Shown here: piece after piece, positions 53,246 through 64,000 of the stretch
Layout of the letters: every line of letters begins with the position of its first letter
Position numbering within the stretch: position 1 is the first letter of the stretch
NCBI GenBank assembly: GCA_964016885.1
Contig: OZ024743.1
Span: 159,526,001-159,590,000, forward strand
DNA: 64,000 nucleotides
DNA from: Eledone cirrhosa
Taxonomy: Eukaryota
Direction of reading: 5' to 3'
Position numbers and translations under genes: made by a program
The notes under the pieces: generated by a model
Seen by the model: only the letters and a program-made list of their open reading frames with translations
Database searches by the model: none
What the model was told of the DNA's origin: nothing

Positions 53246-56200
53246 TTAGATATGTTTCTTTTATTTGCCACCAGGGCATCAAAAGTGGGACAAGTACAGT
53301 GGGGGGAGTTTACAAAACAAGGCGTCCTCAATAAGGAGGAGGCAATAACAATATATAAAAATAAAATAAAATATAACAAAAAATAAAATTTATAACAAAG
53401 TCCTCAATAGAGAGGAGGCGCCTTGGGGGGTCGCACACACCCCCGAAAAAAAGTGTGCAACCCTTTTCCTCAGGAGCACAGAGAAGGGGTGCTCCCTTGG
53501 TCTTTCATCTTCCTCACCTATAGTCTGATGTAGAGTGAAGGCCCATTCACACGGGCCATTCTCGCCACTTTTACCCATCTTTCATAAAAATGGCTGGGGT
53601 GCAGTACCTCTCTCTCCATCCTGATCCTTCTTCCGAAATGATATCGGAAGAAACGGACCAGTTGTTGGCCAGAGAGAAAGGTGTCTGACCTCAGTCCTTT
53701 CAGACGCGTCCACCATACAACCTCTTTCGCCATGGCTGTTACGCACAGAAACACAGCCTCTTCTTCGTTTTTGAAGAGGGGAGGCGGCTTGATCGTTACA
53801 ATAGACTCAGTGGTCAACCGGATCGGTCCCACCCTTGACAGCAGTTGTTCGACATAGCCCCACAGATCAGCAATGCCCGAGCAGTGTACCAATGCGTGTG
53901 CAACGGTTTCCTCGTCGCACACGCATCTGGGACAGATCTTTTTCGAGGGGTCCCTACCCGGCGCCCGTGTCTGTAGAGCCTTTCTCGAACGGGCAGAGCC
54001 CTTCTGTAGCATTGCCAGGCCAGGGACCTCTGGAAGTTATCCATGGATCCCGGGCTGAATGTCCTACCGAACAGGTTGGCCAGTTCGTCTTCCTCCTTGC
54101 CTAGGGCTTCTCCGGGGTCGTCGTCATACCTGCTAACCACCAGCCCTCTATAGAATGACGAGGTCGATTCTCCACTGACAGCCGGGCACACTCGGTGTGC
54201 CAGGAACCCAGTTTTCTCGGTCTTTGCTTGACCCAGGATTGCAGCTCGGTGAGTGAGACGAGTCTGGGAAAGGCTTGCCTCACAAACAGGGCCCACACCG
54301 GTTGACGGAAAGGAATACCTGAAGGTGCCGTAGCCTTAATGTGTATTTACGTATCATTAGCCACGGCATCCCCAGCCCTCCTTTCGAAGGGTGTTGACAA
54401 CAGATGGATCTCCTCACCATAGGAGCCCGCTTCTTCCAAAGGAACTGGAAGAGTGCGCGCTCCATTTTGGCGAGCGTTTCCCTTGGGCAAGGCACAACGG
54501 TCAGGCGGTATTAGATGACGGACGCTATATAAGTGTTCGCCAACTCCGCCCGACCTTTCAGGGACAGTTTGCACTCGGCCCACTTCTGGTCAGTGCAAAC
54601 ACCCTGTTCGTTACCTCACCCCAGTTCTTCTCCACCTGGAGGTCCGGTCCGAACCAGACCACGAGCAACTTCACCGGGCCCTCCGTCCAGCGCCCGACGA
54701 CGCCATCGGAGGGCATCGATCTGCCCCTCCACGTGCCAAGTTGCAGACCGATCGACTTGTCCCAGTTCAGCTTAGCCCCTGTAAACCTTTCGTACTCCTC
54801 CAGTAAGGTGCCGATCGCCCCGATTTCCGAGGCCGTCGACACCATTACTGTTACGTCATCGGCGTAGGCTGACACCGCTTTCCGCAATCCCGGTTCCAAC
54901 GGGATGCCCTGCAACAACTCCAACTTCCGCAGCAGTGGCTCTAGAGTGATTACATACAGAAAGGAGGAGAGAGGGCACCCCTGTCGGATGAACCGCGCGA
55001 TTTCGAACGGCTCCGAGAAGTAGCCGTTCACCTTGACCCTAGAGCAGATGCGGCTGCTGTGCATAGCATTGCTCCAGCCCTTGAAAACGGGTCCGAAGCC
55101 TGCCGCCGCTAGCACCGCATCCTGGTAACCATGGTCGACCCTATCGAATGCCTTAGATTGATCCAAGTTGATCAGGGCCTCACCAAAGCCGGGTTCGTTC
55201 CCAACCCTCTCTATGATGTATCGCATGAGGTGGAGGTTGTCGTGGATGGACCTGGATGGGATAGCACATGTCTGCGCATCTCCCACCAGGTTACCCACGA
55301 CAAGCGCCAACCTCTTTGTTAGCACCTTGGCCAAAATCTGTAACTCTGTATTTAGCAGAGTTATGGGCCTGAAATTATTTATATCGTCCCCCTTGTTCTC
55401 GTGCTTCCTGACTAGCGTGACCACGCCCTTGGTCACAGCACAGGGAATTCTCCCGTTCTGTTGCCAGTTGCAGTAGACCGCCTCGAGGAGATCGGGAAAC
55501 AAGTCCGGCATAGTTAAATATAGTTCGTATGGAAGACCATCGAGACCCGGGGATTTGCGTTTGCCGCATTGGCTCAGCACGTCCTCTATCTCAGCGGCTG
55601 AAATCGGCTCCTCGCAGGACTTCACCTCCCTGTCCGAGAGACGCGGAAGGTCGTCGAGGTATGGACCGAAGTCCACATCCCCAACCGGCTCCCCGCCCCT
55701 TCCGAACAATCCGGAATAAGTGCTTTTGAAAAGCCTCGCACATCTGCTTAGGTTCAAGGATCACCCGTCCATCCTGGTCTCGCAAAGACCGGATAGTGGA
55801 TCTGCTCCCGCTTTTGGCTTCTGACACGCGGGCCCAGCTAACAGCTTTGGTCCCCTCGTTTCCCAGAGCACGTATTTTACTTCGGACGATGCAGCCTTCG
55901 TGTTTCGCCTCGAAGAACTGGCCCAGGGCCGTTCTCGACGCTAGCACTCTGGCCACGTCGCCGCTTCTAATTGCCTCTTCTACACTATCTAGCAACTCCC
56001 TTTCCTTCCTATTTCTATTTGAAGCTAACTCCTTACTAAATTCTATAGAGACTACTCTAATCTCTCTTTTGAGAGATCCCCACCACCTGCTGTTGACGAT
56101 GGCGCCCGTCAACCGCTCCTTAACTAAAGTGCTAATCCGGTCCCTGTAAGCATTACTTGCCGGTAAGGACAAGTTGAGCTTCCAGTAACCGGGTCCCTGT

Positions 56201-56756
56201 CTATGAGTACTGTCAGGGTTGACCATGCAGGTCACTAACTTGTGGTCTGAATAGCCAACCATGCGCATTTTTGGACAACTTAAAAAGTCCTTATCCTTAA
56301 TTCTAACTAAGAACCTATCTAGGTACGACCTAGATGATCCGCTACGATTTGCCCAAGTCCAGGTTGGCGCAGTCGGAAAATCTAGTCGATATCTATCGGC
56401 CAGGTCAAATCGACCGATTAACCCTTTGAGGCTATTACACCCCTCTCTATCGGGACAGGCCCCTACGTAGTCCCAGCGTGCATCTAGGATACCATTCCAG
56501 TCCCCCACTAATAGCAAGGAGCGGGACGTCCCTAGAAAAGTTTCCAGGCGATGGAAGAAGTCCAGCCGCATTGACCCGAAAGGGCCGTAGGCGGCTACTA
56601 ACCTAAACGCTCCGCCTTTACCACTGCCAAGGTCCAGAACCACTAGTCGACCCTTCGGGTCCAAATGTACCATCTGTGTTGCGAGACCCAGATGTTTTTG
56701 CAGCAGAACGACAACTCCACCCCCACCTCCGGGCTGACAGAGAGATGCGTGCATAT
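53241..56756 (-). mobile_element. Tx1-clade (L1 group) LINE ORF2: APE+RT+Zn knuckle, 5'-truncated, few frameshifts
   Basis: GDWN, TWTW..SRSYLDRF, SDHKLV, GPGYWKLN (APE); KSPGLDGLPYE, FRPITLLN, LDQSKAFDRV, RQGCPLS, SAYADD (RT); GGLG; CPRC..ETVAHALVHC; AATAAA at the 3' end; GC-rich relative to flanks. Confidence 0.93.
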
Positions 56757-56760
56757 CTAA

Positions 56761-56807
<47 letters not shown>

Positions 56808-56808
56808 T

Positions 56809-57007
56809 TAACAAAGAAGGAGTGGAAAAATAACAGGTGGACCATAACGCACCATAGTACTCGATATTGAGGGTAGTAGAGTGGGTAATAGGAAAAGAGT
56901 CAGGACCTCGACGGCTGAACTTCGGGCGTTTCAACAGCTAGATCCGAAGAGTCCGGATCTAGCTGTCAAAACGGCTGGAGTTCAGCCGTCGGGGCCCAGA
57001 CTCTTTT

Positions 57008-57011
<4 letters not shown>
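56809..57011. mobile_element. Second subfamily of the ~210-bp fold-back element
   Basis: Same tail (GGTGGACCATAACGCACCA..GTACTC..GGGTAGTAGAGTGGGTAATAGGAA) and inverted arms 56889-56946 / 56954-57011. Confidence 0.85.
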
Positions 57012-57058
<47 letters not shown>

Positions 57059-57086
57059 AAATGTGTGAGATCCTTGGTACAGTTGG

Positions 57087-59140
<2,054 letters not shown>

Positions 59141-59202
59141 TTATGAATATGTAAAATCATGTCTGCACATGCGTGTGTGAATGCTTGCACGTGTTGTGAA
59201 AG

Positions 59203-59329
<127 letters not shown>

Positions 59330-59679
59330 TATATTTAATACATTAACAGAGATAGTTTAAAGCTAAACTCTGACTGGTAACCATCTCACTCAACACACAT
59401 TAGGTTATATTTTAATATAAACCCAATTTAAGTGTTTGGGGTGCTAACAATATGTATTATGTGGAAAAGCCAGTTGTATTATTTTATGAGATATAATTAA
59501 AGCTAAAATACATCTCTCTTTCCAAACAATTGTTTCATTATAAGTTTTCTACAAATTGGGAGAATATTTCCAGTTTATGTAGAAGCCTAATATACATTCA
59601 TGTAAAGATATATTTAGGTGGGCGTTTATAAATCATCAGTGGAAGCCCATTAAACTTTGATATAAGAAACAAATTCTTA

Positions 59680-60358
59680 CCGCAGTTAAAAATCGAGTAT
59701 ATATATCGAGAGAGAAATGTCTTCCGACGACGATCTCTTTCTCAATGAAAATCCGCTTGGATTATCTATTTGTTTGGGATCTGAAACCGCGGTAAGGGCA
59801 CATATAGTAAGTACAGTGAATTTTTTGGAATTTAATTATTTATTATTTTCTAAGATATTTTCTATTTACACTCTCTTGATTTTATATGTTCTGGCTTGTT
59901 AATTTATTAACATGCCATTGAACCACACTGGCATGCGGTTGGGCTATACTTGTCTCCCTGTGTGTATTAATTACATGTAGGAACACATTCTTTTATTATT
60001 ATTCTCCCCAATGGTAGAGAAACCTTTGGTTGTTTGAACGGCTGCTATTTTTCGCAGCTCGGAATTGACCTGTCCACGCTTTTTTGCACACGGTACTATA
60101 AAGAAATTGTTTCATCATTCATTTACTGTCATTCTGAGGCAGTTCTGAATGGCGCCAGTTTGTAATTTGAACTCGGGAATTTTATATTCTCCGAGAGAGA
60201 AAAGCCTTCTGACCATGATCTCTTTCTCAAGGGATATCCACTTGGATTATCTATTTGTTTGTGATCCGCGGAAAGAGCACATATAGTAAGTACAGGAAAT
60301 TTTTGGGAATTTAATTATTTATTACTTTTTAAGATATTTACCATGTTTACACTCCCTT

Positions 60359-60360
<2 letters not shown>
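59680..60360 (+). repeat. Two tandem-like copies of a structured dispersed repeat (third copy at 63646-63975)
   Basis: Shared blocks ATCC(G/A)CTTGGATT, CCGCGG..GCACATATAGTAAGTACAG, GAACTCGGGAAT..ATATTCTCCGAG. Confidence 0.8.
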
Positions 60361-60394
<34 letters not shown>

Positions 60395-60456
60395 AAAACA
60401 GATGAAATCGAAAATGCAACTGGAGTCTTTTTTATAAAAATATATATTTATTTGGT

Positions 60457-60496
60457 TCCTTTACCGGTTTTGCAATTCTTCTGCTTTTCAAAAGGA
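60457..60496 (-). ncRNA. U3/A8 variant hammerhead, G12 changed to A
   Basis: Minus: TCCTT TTGAAAA GCAG-AAGAA-TTGC AAAA CCGG TA AAGGA; 5-bp stem I. Confidence 0.55.
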
Positions 60497-60772
60497 GAAT
60501 TGAATGTCACTTCTGTTTTATATGGAAAAGAATGGCTCCAAATGCTAGGTCTTTAGAGAAGTAATTTGATTGGTTGGTGAATAAGTATGATCAATTTCGC
60601 GTCAGTTCGAGTTACAAAGTTCTTATTATATTTGCCTTCAAAACAAAGGGGGCTCAGGTTGTGTTTTCATATATGAGTGAAGTTTGTTTGGTTGATGCAG
60701 TTACGTGAATAAGCACATCAGCTTTCGCGCCAGTTTGTGTTTGAATTTCTTTTTACTTAAAGATAGCAATAC

Positions 60773-61943
60773 TTACAAGCACATATCGGGGACTTCGATG
60801 GGTACAAAAGTCGCTCCAACTTATGTCAACTTAGTCATGGCATACTGTCCAGTTATATGAACAGTCCAAATGAAAACACGGATTGAACTTCCACAAATAT
60901 TTATCAGAGAATCGGAAACACTACTTGGATGATTGTCTCATTATTTGGTCTCACAAACTCGACCAACTAAATGATTTCAAAGATTTAATTAACGGCATCA
61001 ATAACCACATCCAATTCACAATGGAATACAGCCAAGGTTAACTTCCATTTCTGAACATCTTAATCATAAAAAAGACACAAATATTGAAACTGACATACAC
61101 TACAAACCAACAGATTCCAAACAATACCTGCTATTCACCTCCAACCATCCAAATATGCAAGAATAATTTGCACAATTGTCTCCAATTGTGAAACGTGAAA
61201 TAAAAGACTTCAAGAATTAAACGAAATTTTACTCGAAAGACAGTACCCACCATTACTAATAAATAATGGAATAGAAAGGGCTAACGCAATAGACATTGAT
61301 GAATTACGAAAACAGAAACAAATTCAAGGTACGTCCAATATTCTATCATATATCTCAACACTCAACCCAAGAAATGTGGAAGCTTACAACACTATTCACA
61401 AGAACATCCCACTATTGAAACAAGACCCAAGAATTAAAAAAGCCCTTGAAACACACAAAATAATCAAAAGCAAATGACAACCGAAATCACTAAAAACATT
61501 ACTCACCAATGCCAAATTACCTACCACAAACCCACAACCAACTGTCAAAAAATGTGGTCGCTCTAATTGTGGAACTTGCACTCACCTCATTGAATCAGGA
61601 TACATTTCAATCAGGACAAAATTTTACTGTAAAAAATCACTACACTTACTCATCAAAAAATCTACTTTATGCCATTAAATGTAAAGGGTGCAATGGAAAT
61701 TATATAGGACAAACTAAACTCACACTCAGAATCAGAATGACAGTTCATCGCCAACAATTACGAGATCCTACCACAAGACAGATAACACTAAGTGCACATC
61801 TAGATATATGCGCAATTAATAAGACACCCAAATTCCAAGTCTTCCCATTTTATCTTTGCGCTGACAATACAACAGAACAAATACGGATAAATAAGGAAAA
61901 TATGTTTATTCAAAAATATAGACCAGCATTAAATATAGTTTAA
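60773..61943 (+). pseudogene. PLE RT (C-half) plus Zn finger plus GIY-YIG pseudogene
   Basis: GTSMGTKVAPTY; YLDDC; QFTMEYS..LPFL; ETDIHYKPTDSKQYL; CGRSNCGTC; NLLYAIKCKGC..YIGQT..RMTVH..RINKENMFIQKYRPALN; stops and frameshifts. Confidence 0.9.
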
Positions 61944-62876
61944 TATACATTATGTCAACACCATAACATGCTAACCATCCAAACAGACCCATACATACAC
62001 ACACACATATAACACCTTCTATTTTAGAAAATAAAAACCAGAACTAAACAAACCTTAACATACGTTAATACTCTAACACTTTAAGATGCTACCCCCTCAC
62101 ACACACACACAGATAACTCCCTCCCCCATTTCTACTAACGGAATCATTTTCCTACACACACACACAAAAAATATATATATTCTCTCCATCTTAACATGCT
62201 AACCATACTCCCACACACATACACACACCCACATAACATCCATACAGACACTCACAACTCCATCCCCCATTTTTTCTAATAGAATCATTTTCCTACATAC
62301 ACACACACAAGCACACAAATAAACATACATATCTCTACTTTCTTTATTTCAATAGAAAGTCTGAATTTTGACACACCAGCATACCAGCACACTGAACCAG
62401 AAAAATTCTCCTCATCCCGTTTTTCTTGACCATTATCTTTTGTTTGGCACAACATTCTCTAAAAGGCTACAAAATAAATTCCCAAATACGGGCGCGAATT
62501 TAATGTACTTGTTCACGTGACTTTAATAATTTCATGTATAACCAATCAACTTACATTTATAAAAAAAAGCCTTCGTAAGCCACCTTTTTTTAAAGCTAAA
62601 AGAAATTCAAACACAAACTGGCGCGAAAGCTGATGTGCATGAACCAACCAAACTTCACTCATATATGAAAAAACAACCTGAGCCCCCCGCCCCCTTCTTT
62701 GAAGGCAAATATAATAATAACTTTGTAAAGCGAACTGGCGCGAAATTTATTATGCTTATCCACCAACCAACCAAATTACTTCTCTAAAAACCTAGCATTT
62801 CGAGCCAATTTTTTCAAAATTAACATTCAAAAACCGACCAGATGTGAGAAAAACCACAAACCCTCCATCTCAATTC

Positions 62877-62916
62877 TACTTTTGAAAAGCAGAAGAACTG
62901 CGAAACCGGTAAAGGA
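62877..62916 (+). ncRNA. U3/A8 variant minimal hammerhead in the PLE pseudo-LTR
   Basis: TACTT TTGAAAA GCAG-AAGAA-CTGC GAAA CCGG TA AAGGA; palindromic ACCGGT, GUA triplet, AATAAA just downstream. Confidence 0.7.
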
Positions 62917-62930
62917 ACTAAATAAATATA

Positions 62931-63572
62931 TCTGTATATATATAAAATTAAGTATGTGTGTGTGTGCGTGCGTGTGTGTATGTGTGTGTGTGCGTGTGTG
63001 TGTGTGTCTGTGTATTACCTATAGGGGCCTACATCTTACGACTGATTTTCATGAAACTTTGCAGGCTCATAGATTAGCCATCGGGTAGTGTTTCTATATA
63101 TCAGCGTATCGTTTTTTTATTCCGGGGTCATTCTGCAGATAAAATTGATAGGGGGGGGGGGGTCAACTTTTTTTAGGTATCGAAAAATAAAATTTTTGGC
63201 TCTAGCTCCCACATTTTGCCAGCGATTTCCTTCAAATTTTACAGTACGCTAGAACTGATCATTTCACGTCTTAATATGGCTTTATATTTTGGATTTTTTG
63301 TTCACGAACGGCGTGGCAGACGCTTAAATATTCGAAAATACCACCTTTTTGCTCAAATTTCCGCCTTTTTGGCTCTAGCTCCCTCATTTTTCAACCAATT
63401 TCGTTCAAATTCGAAACCCGCGTTTCTCAGTGATAGACGTCATCACCAGCCTCCCCCGTATGGCCTGTGTGTGGCCATAGATGTCATCGAGAAGCAGTCG
63501 CTAAGATCAACACCTTTTCATCAAAGCAGATATTATTTTACCTACCCAGGCAACGCTGGGTACTGCTGCGAG
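62931..63572 (+). mobile_element. Non-autonomous Helitron-like insertion
   Basis: Starts TC; ends with hairpin CCCAGGCAACGCTGGG then CGAG (CTAG-like); inserted between A and T without TSD; flanks rejoin to match the empty pLTR at 60420-60452. Confidence 0.75.
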
Positions 63573-63645
63573 TATTTTTATAAAAAAAGACTCCAGTTGC
63601 ATTTTCGATTTCATCATTTTACCTTATACTTTTAGAGATAAAATT

Positions 63646-63975
63646 TTGGCCGTTTGGACTGCTGCTATTTCTAGTGGCAGGACATTGACCTGTCCACCCT
63701 GCCGTTTGTCTTTGCACACGGCACCAGACAGAATTATTTCTTTCATCATCCGCTCTCATTTGGGAATGGTTTTGTATGGTGTCAGTTTGTGATTTGAACT
63801 CGGGAATCTTATATTCTCCGAGGGAGAAGAGCTTTCTGAAGATTGGTCCCTTCTCAATGGAAATCCGCTTGGATTTTCCGTTTATTCATGATACCGCGGT
63901 AAAGGCACATATAGTAAGTACAGTGAATTTTTTTTAATTTATTTTAACACTTTTTCTCTATTTGCTAGACTTCGA
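63646..63975 (+). repeat. Third copy of the 59680/60030 structured repeat
   Basis: Colinear with 60030-60360. Confidence 0.8.
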
Positions 63976-64000
63976 TTATATATATATATATATATATATA

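Larger units (their letters stand above)
60392..63633 (+). mobile_element. Neptune-like Penelope element with an inverted 5' pseudo-LTR
   Basis: 60392-60772 is inverted relative to 62587-62930 plus 63573-63633; internal RT-EN pseudogene. Confidence 0.88.

Noticed and set aside
53835-56470. Plus-strand ORFs over the Tx1 element (and likewise over the RTE at 48616-50885)
   Set aside because: Antisense shadows of GC-rich LINE coding sequence

Overview
Eukaryotic (animal) non-coding DNA: very AT-rich and packed with (TA)n/(CA)n/(GA)n/(TACA)n microsatellites. The repeat repertoire suggests an octopus/coleoid cephalopod (inference from remembered repeat types; no search was run). No host protein-coding gene can be supported, and nearly all listed ORFs are microsatellite translations. 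The window is a transposon graveyard. It contains at least 12 copies of one tRNA-derived SINE; RTE, Tx1 and R4/Dong LINE relics; a Mag-type Ty3/Gypsy gag-protease relic; a Helitron-like insertion; and several Penelope-like elements (PLEs) with GIY-YIG domains and inverted pseudo-LTRs. The main hidden signal is a high density of minimal type-I hammerhead ribozyme (HHR) motifs: about 5 near-intact and at least 8 degenerate or variant copies from several unrelated families. These include a family with a compensatory U3-A8 core and short non-coding HHR units bounded by inverted repeats or folded back into palindromes. A single PLE also appears to be split at its catalytic YxDD motif by about 5.5 kb of nested insertions, and it contains a perfect 118-bp-arm palindrome. 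All alignments and folds were done by eye.
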